A stretch of 64,000 nt of DNA from Dehalococcoidia bacterium (GCA_041494685.1 JBGQBE010000002.1:62001-126000), one strand, 5' to 3'; counted from the stretch's first letter, positions 1 through 10,141 are shown. Numbers and translations are program-made. The notes: generated by a model not told the origin, from the sequence alone.

Positions 1-870
1 GACGCCGTGCTGCACGACAAGTTCTGGGCCGTGCAGGCGGAGGCGGCGCGCGCGCTCGGCAGCGTGCGCAGCGAGGCCGCGCGCGCCGCGCTGCTGGCGT
101 GCCTGAAGGTGCGCCACCCGAAGGCGCGCCGCGGCGTGGTCGCCGGCCTGGGCCAGTTCCGCCACGACGAGAAGGCCGCGGCCGCGCTGGCCGGCGTGTT
201 GCGTGCGGGCGATGCGAGCTACTACGTCGAGGCGGCGGCCGCGCAGGCGCTGGGGCAGACGCGATCGGCGAAGGCGTTCGACGTGCTGACGACAGTGGCA
301 ATGAAGAAGGAGTCGCAGAGCGACGTGATCCGCTCGAGCGCGCTGAGCGGGCTAACGGAGCTGAAGGACGAACGCACCATACCGATCGCGATCGAGTGGA
401 CGCGGCGCGGCAAGTCGAACCCCGTGCGCGGCGCCGCCGCGTTCGCGCTGGGCCGGCTGGGCCAGCTGAGCGACCGCGCGAAGGACCAGTCATTCGACCG
501 GCTGGTGGAGCTGTTGCCCGACGAGTGGCTGCGCGTGCGCATGAACGCCGTCTCCGCGCTGGCGGAGCTCAAGGAGCCGAAAGCGGTCGCCGAGCTGGAG
601 CGGACGCGCACACGCGACCTCGACGGCCGCGTCGTCCGCAGCGCGCGCGAGGCGATGCGCCGCATCCGCGAGGGAGCGGACAAGGGCGAAGAGGTGAAGA
701 AGCTCCGCGAGGACCTGGACAAGCTGCTGGAGGACAACCGCGCGCTCCGCGACCGCGTGGAGAAGCTGGAGTTCACCGCCGCCGGCGCCGGGCCGAAGCC
801 ACGCGCCGCCGCGAAGCCCGCACCGCGCCGCAAGCCGGCGCGCGCAGCCACACCGCGCCCGCGCCGCTGA
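1..870 (+). CDS. HEAT-repeat C-terminal region with coiled-coil tail, probably of an M1 aminopeptidase (5' partial)
   Basis: Frame is open from base 1. Repeated AAxALG HEAT-like helices are followed by a coiled coil and a basic Pro/Arg tail. The catalytic domain is outside the window. Confidence 0.6.
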   Translation, partial: DAVLHDKFWAVQAEAARALGSVRSEAARAALLACLKVRHPKARRGVVAGLGQFRHDEKAAAALAGVLRAGDASYYVEAAAAQALGQTRSAKAFDVLTTVAMKKESQSDVIRSSALSGLTELKDERTIPIAIEWTRRGKSNPVRGAAAFALGRLGQLSDRAKDQSFDRLVELLPDEWLRVRMNAVSALAELKEPKAVAELERTRTRDLDGRVVRSAREAMRRIREGADKGEEVKKLREDLDKLLEDNRALRDRVEKLEFTAAGAGPKPRAAAKPAPRRKPARAATPRPRR

Positions 871-1085
871 CGGCGATCCGGATCAGCGCACCGCGGATCA
901 CACGTTACGGAGATGTGATGCGACGGGCGGTTTGCACTTCGTTAACACTCCTCTAGCGATCCGTTGACAGGGCGTCGTTAGGGTGTCGGCGAGGGCGGAC
1001 CGCCTGCGGCGTCTAATCAGGCGTAGGGTGTGTGACTATCTTGAGGCAGGGAGTGAGCAGTCGGTCCGCCCGTTAACATTCCCCG

Positions 1086-1091
1086 TATAAT
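1086..1091 (+). promoter_or_regulatory. Putative -10 element (TATAAT) of the response regulator operon
   Basis: Perfect TATAAT about 30 nt upstream of ATG 1123 in GC-rich DNA. Confidence 0.5.
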
Positions 1092-1122
1092 GGCCCCGGC
1101 TGTTATTGAAAGCTGAGGCGCC

Positions 1123-1815
1123 ATGACCGCAACCATCCTCGTCGTCGACGACGAGAAGAACATCGTCCAGCTCGCCCGCCTGTACCTGAACAACGAAGGC
1201 TTCCGCGTGGAGTCGGCGAGCGACGGGAAGCAGGCGCTGGAGAAGGCGAAGTCGGTCCGCCCGGACCTGATCGTGCTGGACATCATGATGCCGGAGATGG
1301 ACGGGCTCACCGTCTGCAAAGAGCTCCGCAAGACGAGCAACGTCCCCGTGATCATCCTCACCGCGCGCGGCGACGACATCGACCGCATTGTCGGACTCGA
1401 GATCGGCGCCGATGATTACATGGCGAAGCCGTTCAACCCGCGCGAACTGGTCGCCCGTGTGAAGGCCGTGCTGCGCCGCGCCCAGGGCGAGCGCGAGGTG
1501 CCGGAGGTGGTCGAGGTGGACGGCCTGCGCATCGACGCCGCGAGCCGCGAGGTGACGCTGGACGGCAGGCAGCTCACCCTTCGCGCCAAGGAGTTCGAAC
1601 TGCTGACGGCTTTCGCACAGCACGTAGGCACCGTCCTGGACCGCGAGCGCCTGCTCCGCATGGTGTGGGGCACCGACTACTACGGTGATTCGCGGACGAT
1701 CGACGTCCACGTCGCCTGGCTCCGCGAGAAGCTTGGCGCATCCCGGGTGAAGATCCAGACCGTCTGGGGGATCGGGTACAAGCTGGTGGTGGAAAGCGAT
1801 GCTGGGGAGTCTTAG
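1123..1815 (+). CDS. OmpR/PhoB-family response regulator
   Basis: Receiver motifs VVDDE, LDIMMP, KPF; winged helix RTIDVHVAWLREKL and TVWGIGY. Confidence 0.95.
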   Translation: MTATILVVDDEKNIVQLARLYLNNEGFRVESASDGKQALEKAKSVRPDLIVLDIMMPEMDGLTVCKELRKTSNVPVIILTARGDDIDRIVGLEIGADDYMAKPFNPRELVARVKAVLRRAQGEREVPEVVEVDGLRIDAASREVTLDGRQLTLRAKEFELLTAFAQHVGTVLDRERLLRMVWGTDYYGDSRTIDVHVAWLREKLGASRVKIQTVWGIGYKLVVESDAGES

Positions 1816-3307
1816 AGCCAGACTCATCGTCTCCTTCGCGCTCGTCGTCGCACTGGCGGTGTTCCTGGCGGGCGCCGGCGCCCTGCTCCTGCTGCGCGAC
1901 CAGCAACAAGAGACCGCGCGCGAGCGCTACGGCCACCTCGCCGAACCGATCAGCGTCAACGTCGGCGCGATGGCCCAGCGCGGCGAAACGCTCGACCAGA
2001 TCAAGCAGTACCTGAAGCTCGCGGCGACGCAGGCGGACGTGCGCGTCCTGCTGCTCGACGAGGACGCGCTGGTGGTGTTTGACAGCCAGGACAAGCTCAC
2101 CGGCAAGTACATCCTCTCCTTCGAGAACCGGCACAACGTCACCACCGTGGACAGCAAGGGCAGCCGCTACCGGTGGGCGAACTACGAGAAGGACGGCGCA
2201 AGCCTCACGCTCTTCTCCGCGCCGACGCCGCCGGACACCGGCACCTTCGCGCCAATCCAGTACGCGGCCGTCGTCGCCATCCCCCAGAGCCAACTGGCGT
2301 CCGCGTGGCTGGACCTGGTGCCGAGCCTGGCGCTGGCCGGCGGCATTGCGCTGAGCGTGTCCTTCGTGGTGTCGTACTTCATCTCACGCTCCATCTCCGA
2401 CCCGCTTGCGCGCATCACACAGGCATCGATCCAGATGTCGCGCGGCGACTACGACGTCCACATCCCGATCCGCGGCGAGGACGAGGTCGGCCGGCTGTCG
2501 GAGGCCTTCAACGCGATGGCGAAGGAGGTCAGCCGCTCGCAGCGGATGATGCGTGACCTGCTGGCGAACGTCTCGCACGAATTGAAGACGCCGCTCACGT
2601 CGATCCAGGGGTACTCACAGGCCATGCTCGACGGCGCCGTGCAGAGCGATGAAGACTTCCGCGAGTCCAGCCGGATCATCCACGAAGAGGCGAACCGCAT
2701 GCGGGCGCTCGTGGACGATCTGCTGCTGCTCTCGCAGATCGAGTCCGGGCAGGTGGCGATGCAGCACACGCACGTCGACCTGACGGCGCTGCTCGAACGG
2801 ATGCTCGGCCGCTTCCAGTGGTCGCTGCGCGAGGCGGGCATCACGTCGCAGCTCGACATCGCGGCGATCCCGCACGTCCACGGCGATGAGCGGCGGCTGG
2901 AGCAGGTGTTCTCCAACCTGATCGAGAACGCCGCACGCCACACGCCGCGCGGCGGCACGATCAAGATCAGCGCGCGCAAGCAGGGCGACGGCACGATCCG
3001 GACGAGCGTGCACAACACCGGCTCCGTGATCCCGCCCGAGGACCTGCCGCGCGTCTTCGAGCGCTTCTTCCAGGTGGACCGCGCACGCGCGCGCAAAGGC
3101 GGCAGCAGCGGCCTGGGGCTCTCCATCGTGGCGGAGATCGTGGAGGCGCACGGCGGCAGCGTCCGCGCCGTGAGCGACGAGGCGCACGGCACGGAGTTCA
3201 TCGTCACGCTGCCCGACTCCACCCGCGCCGACCTGCGCAACGGCCGCCCCACCCCCTTCGACAGCGGTCGCACGACCCGGCCCGCCCGCCGCGCTGAGGC
3301 CAGTTAG
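1799..3307 (+). CDS. HAMP-domain sensor histidine kinase
   Basis: Two TM segments, HAMP (DEVGRLSEAFNAM), H-box SHELKTPLT, N-box NLIENA, G-box GSSGLGL. Confidence 0.95.
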   Translation: MLGSLRARLIVSFALVVALAVFLAGAGALLLLRDQQQETARERYGHLAEPISVNVGAMAQRGETLDQIKQYLKLAATQADVRVLLLDEDALVVFDSQDKLTGKYILSFENRHNVTTVDSKGSRYRWANYEKDGASLTLFSAPTPPDTGTFAPIQYAAVVAIPQSQLASAWLDLVPSLALAGGIALSVSFVVSYFISRSISDPLARITQASIQMSRGDYDVHIPIRGEDEVGRLSEAFNAMAKEVSRSQRMMRDLLANVSHELKTPLTSIQGYSQAMLDGAVQSDEDFRESSRIIHEEANRMRALVDDLLLLSQIESGQVAMQHTHVDLTALLERMLGRFQWSLREAGITSQLDIAAIPHVHGDERRLEQVFSNLIENAARHTPRGGTIKISARKQGDGTIRTSVHNTGSVIPPEDLPRVFERFFQVDRARARKGGSSGLGLSIVAEIVEAHGGSVRAVSDEAHGTEFIVTLPDSTRADLRNGRPTPFDSGRTTRPARRAEAS

Positions 3308-3403
3308 CTGGTCGCTAGTGGCTGGTCGCTAGTCGGGTCCACCAATCACTAATCACCAGCGACGAGCGACCAGCCACTAGCGACAAACTGTCACCAGTCA
3401 CCC
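3305..3403. repeat. Heptamer-periodic inverted repeat (GCTRGTS arms, CCAATCA-like loop)
   Basis: 3311-3330 gtcgctagtggctggtcgct is the perfect reverse complement of 3365-3384. Confidence 0.85.
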
Positions 3404-3424
3404 GTACGATGTAGCCTAGTCCAC

Positions 3425-4510
3425 ATGCATGCAGTGATCCTCGCCGGCGGCGCCGGCACGCGGCTGCGGCCGCTCACCTACGCCCGGCGTAAAGAGCTCG
3501 TACCGCTCCTCAACCGGCCGCTGCTGGAGTACCGGCTGCTCAACCTCAAGCAGCACGGCGTGCTCGATATCGTGCTCGCCTGTTCGCAGGGCATGCGTGA
3601 GGTGGAGGAGCATTTCGGCGGCGGCGCCGCGCTGGGCGTGCGGATGAGCTACGTCTACGAGGACCGGCCGCTCGGCTCCGGCCGCGCCGTGAAGGAGGCC
3701 GCGCGCGCGGCTGGCGCCACGGGCACGCTCGTAGTGTGCAACGGCGATATCCTCACGAACGTCGACCTCACGTCGATGATCGCGCGGCACCGCGAGACCC
3801 GCGCCACGCTCAGCCTCTCGCTCGCGGCGGTCGATGACCCGTGGACGTACGGCGTCGTTGATGTCGATCCGGACCTGCGCATCAAGCACTTCGTCGAGAA
3901 GCCGCCGCAGGGCACCGAGCCCAGCAACCTGATCAACGGCGGCACCTGGCTCTGGGAGCCGGAGATGCTGGACCGCATCCCGGACGACGAGACGGCCGTG
4001 CGCGACGGCTTCGCCGAGCGCGTGCTCTTCCCCGGCGTCATCGCGGAAGGTCTGCGCGCACAGGGGTTCACGGAAGACTTGTGGGTGGACGTCGGTTCGC
4101 CCGAGCGCTACCTGCGCGCGACCCAGCTGCTGCTGGCGCGTACGGCGGAGCAGGCGGGCGCGCCCGTGATGGTGCAGGACGGCGCGGAGATCGACGGCAC
4201 GGCGATCATCGAAGGCCACGTGCTGATCGGCCGCGGGACGCGGATCGGAGCGCGCACGCGGATCACCGGCCCCACGGTCATCGGCCACGACACCATCGTG
4301 GGCGCGGACGCGGTGATCGATGCCAGCGCCATCTGGGAGGAAGCCCGCATCGGCAACGGCGCGAAGGTCACCGACAGCATCCTCGGCGCGTTCGTCGGCA
4401 TCGGCGACCGCGCCTCCGTCACGGAGGCCGTGCTGGGAAACGGCGCGGAGGTGGAGGAAGATCACCACCCGGAGCCCGGCGTCCGCGTCATGCCGAACGA
4501 GCGGGTGTAA
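3425..4510 (+). CDS. NDP-sugar pyrophosphorylase (mannose-1-phosphate guanylyltransferase-like)
   Basis: ILAGGAGTRLRPLT, NGDIL, FVEKP, C-terminal hexapeptide repeats. Confidence 0.9.
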   Translation: MHAVILAGGAGTRLRPLTYARRKELVPLLNRPLLEYRLLNLKQHGVLDIVLACSQGMREVEEHFGGGAALGVRMSYVYEDRPLGSGRAVKEAARAAGATGTLVVCNGDILTNVDLTSMIARHRETRATLSLSLAAVDDPWTYGVVDVDPDLRIKHFVEKPPQGTEPSNLINGGTWLWEPEMLDRIPDDETAVRDGFAERVLFPGVIAEGLRAQGFTEDLWVDVGSPERYLRATQLLLARTAEQAGAPVMVQDGAEIDGTAIIEGHVLIGRGTRIGARTRITGPTVIGHDTIVGADAVIDASAIWEEARIGNGAKVTDSILGAFVGIGDRASVTEAVLGNGAEVEEDHHPEPGVRVMPNERV

Positions 4511-4564
4511 GCTCAGCCGGATCCCACTGTCCCCCACCCCCTCGGCACCGGTAACCTGCACACC

Positions 4565-5746
4565 ATGAGCGACAACACCATCCGCCCTGCCGTGCACGCA
4601 CTCACCGACGACGTGGTCGCCCTCCGTCGCGACTTGCACCGCCACGCGGAGCTCTCGCAGGAGGAGCGCCGCACCCAGTCCATCATCCTAGAGCGTCTGC
4701 GCACTATCGGCGCGGAGGACGTGCGCCCCTGCGCCGGCACGGGCGCAACGGCGCTGATCCGCGGCGCGCTGCCCGGCCCGCGCATCCTCTGGCGCGCCGA
4801 CATCGACGGCTTGCCGCTGCGCGAGGAGACCGGCCTGCCGTTCGCGTCCCAGGACGGGAAGGCGATGCACGCCTGCGGCCACGACGGCCACGTCGCCATC
4901 GCGCTGGGCATGGCGGCGGCGCTGCAGGCGTCGCGGGCGACGCTGGCCGGCAGCGTGCTGTTCGCGTTCCAGCCGGCGGAGGAGCACATCGGCGGCGCAC
5001 AGCGCATGATCGCAGAAGGCATCATGGACGCGCCGGCGGTGGACCGCGTGTTCGGGCTGCACATCTGGGCGCCGCTGCCGGCCGGCGAGGTCGCCGTCAC
5101 GCCCGGACCGGTGTTCGCCGCCGCCACGCACTTCCGCATCATCGTCCGCGGCCACGGCGGCCACGCCTCCGCCCCGCACGAGACAGTGGACCCGATCGTC
5201 GTCGCGGCGCACGCGATCGTCGCTCTGCAGACCATCGTCAGCCGCAACATCAGTCCGGCGGACGAGGGCGTGTTCACGGTCGGCCGCATCCAGGGCGGCG
5301 TGCGCGGCAACATCATCCCGAACGAGGTCATGATGTCCGGGACGATCCGCACGTTCGACGATCGCGTGATGCGGCGGATCACGGCGCGCGCGGAGGAAAT
5401 CCTGCGCGGCATCACTTCCGCGTGGGGCGCGGAGTACAGCTTCGACACGTCCACGCTGCCAGCCGTTGTGAACGATGCCGGCGCCGCGGCGCTCGTGTCG
5501 GCCGTCGCCGGCGCGATGCTGGGGCCGGAGAAGGTGCACGAGGCGCGCACGACGGGCGGCGACGACATGGCGTACTTCCTGCAACGCGCGCCCGGCGCCT
5601 ACTTCATGCTGGGCGGCGGCAACAAGGAACGCGGCATTACCTGGCCGCATCACCACCCGAAGTTCGACTTCGACGAGGCGTGCCTGCCGCTCGGCATCGA
5701 GCTGGGGCTGCGCGTCATCGAGGCAGCCTCGGAGCCCGTCCCGTGA
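4565..5746 (+). CDS. M20D-family amidohydrolase
   Basis: RADIDGLP, MHACGHDGH, FQPAEE, GHGGHAS, HHPKFDFDE. Confidence 0.92.
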   Translation: MSDNTIRPAVHALTDDVVALRRDLHRHAELSQEERRTQSIILERLRTIGAEDVRPCAGTGATALIRGALPGPRILWRADIDGLPLREETGLPFASQDGKAMHACGHDGHVAIALGMAAALQASRATLAGSVLFAFQPAEEHIGGAQRMIAEGIMDAPAVDRVFGLHIWAPLPAGEVAVTPGPVFAAATHFRIIVRGHGGHASAPHETVDPIVVAAHAIVALQTIVSRNISPADEGVFTVGRIQGGVRGNIIPNEVMMSGTIRTFDDRVMRRITARAEEILRGITSAWGAEYSFDTSTLPAVVNDAGAAALVSAVAGAMLGPEKVHEARTTGGDDMAYFLQRAPGAYFMLGGGNKERGITWPHHHPKFDFDEACLPLGIELGLRVIEAASEPVP

Positions 5747-6312
5747 CGACGTCGTGCACCGGCAAGCCGATCGTGATCGCGGACTACGATCCGGCGTGGC
5801 CGCGCCGCTTCGAAGCCGAGCGCGAGCTGATCGTGCGCACCTGCGGCCGCGCGCCATTCGCGGCGACCGAGCACGTCGGCAGCACGGCCGTGCCGGGGCT
5901 GGCCGCCAAGCCGATCATCGACATCATGCCGGGACTGCGCTCGCTCGACGACGCGCCGCCGCTGATCCCGCCGCTGAAGCGCATCGGTTACGAATACGTG
6001 CCGGAGTTCGAGCAGACGAGCACGAGCGGCGAGGGCATGCCGTTCCGGCGCTACTTCCGCAAAGACCTGGACGGCGAGCGTACCTTCCACCTGCACATGG
6101 TGGCGACGGACAGCGAGTTCTGGCGCCGTCACCTCGTCTTCCGCGACTGGCTACGCGCCCACCCGGAAGACGCCTACGCCGCGCTCAAGCGCAGCATCGC
6201 CGTGGAGTACAGCGCCAGGCTGACGCCAACGTCGGACATCAACGTCGGCTACACGGACCGGAAGAGCGAGTTTATCGAGGAGATCATCGCGGAAGCGGAA
6301 CGCGCCGGCTGA
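5743..6312 (+). CDS. GrpB/UPF0157-family protein
   Basis: GTG start overlaps the upstream stop; YDPAWP, EHVGSTAVPGLAAKPIIDI, FRDWLR, YTDRK. Confidence 0.9.
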   Translation: MTTSCTGKPIVIADYDPAWPRRFEAERELIVRTCGRAPFAATEHVGSTAVPGLAAKPIIDIMPGLRSLDDAPPLIPPLKRIGYEYVPEFEQTSTSGEGMPFRRYFRKDLDGERTFHLHMVATDSEFWRRHLVFRDWLRAHPEDAYAALKRSIAVEYSARLTPTSDINVGYTDRKSEFIEEIIAEAERAG

Positions 6313-6325
6313 TCAGTAACGGGCG

Positions 6326-6775
6326 TTACGCCGCGTGAGATTCCAGCTCCGGCAGCTCGTAGCCCATCGCCAGCGCGTAGCGGTCGAGCAGCGCATCGAC
6401 GAAGCCGTCCGAGCCGAAGACGTCGACGGTGATGTGCATGTGCTTGTCGGGGATGTCCGGGTCGTAGCACATGCGGACGCGGTACTTGCCGATCTGCTTC
6501 ACCTTCAGCAGCTTGCGGTAGGGCCACGTCTCGAGCGAGCCGCCAAGGTAGAGCGTCATGCCCTCGTCATCGAGCAGCACGCCGGACTGTCGCCACGCCC
6601 TCCAGAGATACCAGGTGACGGCTGCGCCCAGCATGGCCGCGCAGACGCCCCACGTCGTGGCGGACCAGCCGGCGGGCACGGGCGAGACCGCGAAGATCAG
6701 CACGAACACCGGCAGCACCAGCAGCGGCGTCAGCTTCTGCCAGAAGAAGATGCGGAAGTGTTCGGCGTCTCCCAT
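6326..6775 (-). CDS. Hypothetical membrane protein (two TM helices, soluble C-terminus)
   Basis: C-terminal 149 aa of ORF 6326..7495 starting at MGDAEHF; hydrophobic segments; fills the gap between plus-strand genes. Confidence 0.65.
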   Translation of the reverse strand: MGDAEHFRIFFWQKLTPLLVLPVFVLIFAVSPVPAGWSATTWGVCAAMLGAAVTWYLWRAWRQSGVLLDDEGMTLYLGGSLETWPYRKLLKVKQIGKYRVRMCYDPDIPDKHMHITVDVFGSDGFVDALLDRYALAMGYELPELESHAA

Positions 6776-6877
6776 CACGATCAGTATCGGCCGGCACCAT
6801 CGGCACGCGCAGCGACACGCGCCCCTAAGGGAATGGCTGATGCTGTCTCGCGCGGCGCGGCGCCGGTACCCTGCGGC

Positions 6878-7603
6878 ATGCGCATCCGGGCCATCTTCTA
6901 CGACGCCGGCCACACGCTCGTCCGCCCGCGCGCGGAGATCGACGAGGTGTGGGACTTCCTGGCGCACCAGCTGGGCATCCCGATCGAACAGGAGCGTCGC
7001 GGCCCGTTCCCGGACGTGGCGGCGTTCTTCTACTCGCGCCTCGGCGAAGACGGTCTCGGCTCGTACGCGTCGGACAAGGCGGCCCGCACGTTCTGGACGG
7101 AGTACTACGCCTTCGCGCTCCGCGAGATCGCACCGGACATGCCCCGCGGCGAGATCGAGTCGGCGGGGGCGGCGCTGTACGACTGGTACAAGGAGCCGGC
7201 CCAGTGGCAGCCGTTCCCGGAGACGATCGCCGCGCTGCAGGCAGGGCGATCGCGCGGACTGATCCAGGGCGTCGTCTCCGACTGGGGCAGCGACCTGCTG
7301 CCGATCCTCCACGCGCACGAGATCACGCGGCTGATGGACTTCGTGGTCGCGTCGGCCGTCGTCGGGTCGTCGAAACCGCACCGGGAGATCTTCCTGTACG
7401 CGCTGGCGCGCGCCGGCGTGCGGGCCGAGGAGACGGTCTACGTCGGCGACTCGTATCTCGCCGACGTGCTGGGGTCGCGCGGCGCCGGGCTGCACCCGAT
7501 CCTCATCGACCGCGACGCGACGGCGCCGGCGATCGACGCGCCCGTCGTCCGCTCGCTCACCGACGTGCTGGACGTGGTCGACGCGATCGAGCGGGCGGGC
7601 TGA
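6878..7603 (+). CDS. HAD-IA family hydrolase
   Basis: FYDAGHTL (motif I), VSDW, SKPHREIF, YVGDSYLADVLG. Confidence 0.9.
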   Translation: MRIRAIFYDAGHTLVRPRAEIDEVWDFLAHQLGIPIEQERRGPFPDVAAFFYSRLGEDGLGSYASDKAARTFWTEYYAFALREIAPDMPRGEIESAGAALYDWYKEPAQWQPFPETIAALQAGRSRGLIQGVVSDWGSDLLPILHAHEITRLMDFVVASAVVGSSKPHREIFLYALARAGVRAEETVYVGDSYLADVLGSRGAGLHPILIDRDATAPAIDAPVVRSLTDVLDVVDAIERAG

Positions 7604-7614
7604 CCGCCCCGCAG

Positions 7615-7968
7615 TTAACGATCGAGCTCCGGCTCCAGCGCATCGAGCGCGACCTGCACTTGCTGCGCCAGCCGGGGCAGGTCGCTCGCGACGGTTCGCC
7701 AGAGTTCTTCGTCATCGACCCGCTCGCACATGTGGACCAGCACGTTGCGCATGCCAACGATCTCGCTCCACGGGATCTCTGGATGCGCCTCGCGAAACTC
7801 GTCGGAGAGCCGGCGGGCGCTCTCCCCAATGATGATCAACTGGTGAGAGACCGCGCTCCGGACGCGTTCGTCGAGCAGGAATGTGTCACGATTCACGCCC
7901 GCGACGAACTGCCCGATCTTGCGCGCGGCGAGCAAGATGTCGCCGAGCGACGCCGCATCACGCGGCAT
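7615..7968 (-). CDS. HepT-like HEPN ribonuclease toxin (DUF86)
   Basis: IIGESA, HPEIPWSEIVGMRNVLVH (RX4H); overlaps the upstream MNT gene. Confidence 0.88.
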   Translation of the reverse strand: MPRDAASLGDILLAARKIGQFVAGVNRDTFLLDERVRSAVSHQLIIIGESARRLSDEFREAHPEIPWSEIVGMRNVLVHMCERVDDEELWRTVASDLPRLAQQVQVALDALEPELDR

Positions 7969-8272
7969 AGACGGTGTGCGCGGTGCTCAGGATCTCGTGC
8001 TTACGGCGCGGGTTCTCGCTGCGTTCCACCGACCTTCGCGTCAGCACGTCCACCTGCCGGCCGACGATGCCGCCGAGTTCATCCTGCATCCGCACGTGAT
8101 CGAGCAGACTCCATTCGGCCGCATCGTCGAACGTCACGAGCACGTCGATGTCGCTGTCCGGGCGGAAGTCGTCACGGAGCACGGAGCCGAAGAGCGCCAG
8201 TTCGCGGATCCGCCACTTGCGGCAGAACTCCGCGATCGCGTCCATGGGCAACGGGATCTGTGCCTGCGCCAT
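7958..8272 (-). CDS. MntA-like minimal nucleotidyltransferase antitoxin
   Basis: LFGSVLRDDFRPDSDIDVLV (GSX10DXD), GRQVDV. Confidence 0.9.
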   Translation of the reverse strand: MAQAQIPLPMDAIAEFCRKWRIRELALFGSVLRDDFRPDSDIDVLVTFDDAAEWSLLDHVRMQDELGGIVGRQVDVLTRRSVERSENPRRKHEILSTAHTVYAA

Positions 8273-8347
8273 GCCTCGCACCTTTCCGGCGCCGCTGCGC
8301 CTGCTGAACGCTACACGCTGCGGCCGGCGCGCCTCAAGCGGGCCGGC

Positions 8348-9283
8348 TCAGCGCGGCTGGAAGATCGGGCGCACCTCGCCGTCGGCGATGGCCGCGACGA
8401 GTTGCAGCCTGGCGTACAGGCCGGGGTCCAGCGACTTGACGAACGAGCCGACGTTCTCGTGCTCGGCGTACTCGTAGATCGCCAGCAGCCCGACGCCCTT
8501 CACGTCCGCCTCGATGCCCTCCAGCGCCGCGTTCGCCTCCTTCAGCCGCTTGCGCACCAGGCGGCGCATCAGCGTGCCGTCGGACGGGTCGATGCCGGGC
8601 GGCGCCTGCGCGATCGCGAAGCCACGCTCGTCGAGCGGCGCCTCGGGCAGCCGCTGCAGCGTCCACGCCTCGGTCGCCTCGAACTCCGCCGCCTCGCCCA
8701 CCGCCAGCGCCTTCGACGCTTCGCCGATGCGCTCGAACAGCCGCTCGCGCATCTCGGCCGACTGCGGCGCGCGCCGGATGCGCGTGCTGTTGACGTGGAA
8801 CGTGCCGTTGACGCGCTCGGTGATCAGCGTCCACCAACGGCTGAGGCCGCCGATGACCGACGCGTAACCGCCCTCGTCCCGCATCTTCGCCATCTGCACC
8901 GGCGCGGGAAACTCCACCTCACCGCGGACGCCCGGCTGCATCGGCGCGGCCACGAACTGCACGGTCTGGACGAAGCCGGATGCCTCCGGCTCGTCCGACG
9001 GCACGGCGGCGCGCGGCGGCACCCAGAGCGCGTACGGGCCGCGCACGCTGCCGGCGCTCAGCCGCTCCTCCATCGCCTGGCGCGCGTCCTCGGACGCGGC
9101 ATCGCTCTCCGCCTCCCAGAGCGTGCAGATCGCGACGGCGAGCCGCCCCTGCGGGCTCTCGGCGACGTACACGGGCGCCGGCCCGCCATCGTCCAACCGC
9201 GCGAGCGCGTACGCGCGGCCCGTACGGCCGCCGTACCAGTCGATCAGCAGCGACGCGGCGTACGTGGCGATTCGCTCAGCCAT
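8348..9283 (-). CDS. Hypothetical protein
   Basis: 311-aa ORF with protein-like composition, in the same direction as its neighbours; no recognised motif. Confidence 0.7.
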   Translation of the reverse strand: MAERIATYAASLLIDWYGGRTGRAYALARLDDGGPAPVYVAESPQGRLAVAICTLWEAESDAASEDARQAMEERLSAGSVRGPYALWVPPRAAVPSDEPEASGFVQTVQFVAAPMQPGVRGEVEFPAPVQMAKMRDEGGYASVIGGLSRWWTLITERVNGTFHVNSTRIRRAPQSAEMRERLFERIGEASKALAVGEAAEFEATEAWTLQRLPEAPLDERGFAIAQAPPGIDPSDGTLMRRLVRKRLKEANAALEGIEADVKGVGLLAIYEYAEHENVGSFVKSLDPGLYARLQLVAAIADGEVRPIFQPR

Positions 9284-9315
9284 GTGGTCCCTGTTCCATC
9301 CCTCTGCTCTTGCGC

Positions 9316-9349
9316 CGTCTGTTGTCTGTTCTCTGTTGTCTGTTGTTCG
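9316..9349. repeat. Heptamer tandem tract (TCTGTTG-like)
   Basis: tctgttg tctgttc tctgttg tctgttg between two minus-strand genes. Confidence 0.75.
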
Positions 9350-10105
9350 TCAGATGTTGCTCTTCGTCTGGCCGCCGTCGATGTTGACGCAGGCGCCGGT
9401 CACCCAGCTCGCGCGGGCGGAGCAGAGGAACGTCACGACATCGGCCACCTCTTCGGGACGGCCGAAGCGGCCCATCGCGATGTTCTGCTCGATGAAGCGC
9501 GCCATACTCTCCGGGTCGGCCTGCTTGCGCCGCCACCACGACCCGCCGGGGAACTCCGTCGAGCCGGGAGCGACGGAGTTGACGCGGATGTTGTCCCTGG
9601 CCAGCGCGAGGGCGGAGTTCTTCGCGTGGCTGATCATCGCCGCCTTCATGGCGTTGTACGGCAGCCCGCCGCCCGCCTCGCGCCCCCAGATCGACGCGAT
9701 GTGGACGATGACGCCTCCGCCCTGCGCCCGCATGTGCGGCACGACGGCGCGCGTCGCGCGCACCGCCGCCTCGATGTTCGCGTGAAAGGCACCCTGCCAG
9801 CCCTCGTCGTCGTCGGGGAACGAGCCGCCCGCATTGTTCACGAGGATGTCCACCCGTCCGAGCGCCGCGACCGCCTCGGCGACCATGCGATCGACGTCCG
9901 CCGCCAACGTGACGTCGGCGACGATCGCCGCGGCCGGCACGCCCAGCGCCGCCACCTCGCGCTCCGCGTCGCCCAGCGCCTCCGCGCCGCGGGCGACAAG
10001 CGCCACGCCGCAACCCTCGCGCGCGAGCGACAGCGCGATCGCGCGGCCGATCCCGCGCGATGCGCCGGTGATCAGCGCCACTTTGCCATGAAGCTCCAGA
10101 TCCAT
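9350..10105 (-). CDS. SDR-family oxidoreductase
   Basis: TGASRGIG, NNAG, YNAMK, IRVNSVAPG. Confidence 0.93.
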   Translation of the reverse strand: MDLELHGKVALITGASRGIGRAIALSLAREGCGVALVARGAEALGDAEREVAALGVPAAAIVADVTLAADVDRMVAEAVAALGRVDILVNNAGGSFPDDDEGWQGAFHANIEAAVRATRAVVPHMRAQGGGVIVHIASIWGREAGGGLPYNAMKAAMISHAKNSALALARDNIRVNSVAPGSTEFPGGSWWRRKQADPESMARFIEQNIAMGRFGRPEEVADVVTFLCSARASWVTGACVNIDGGQTKSNI

Positions 10106-10141
10106 CGCTTGCTCTCTGTTGTCGCTGTCGGCGCCGGCGCC

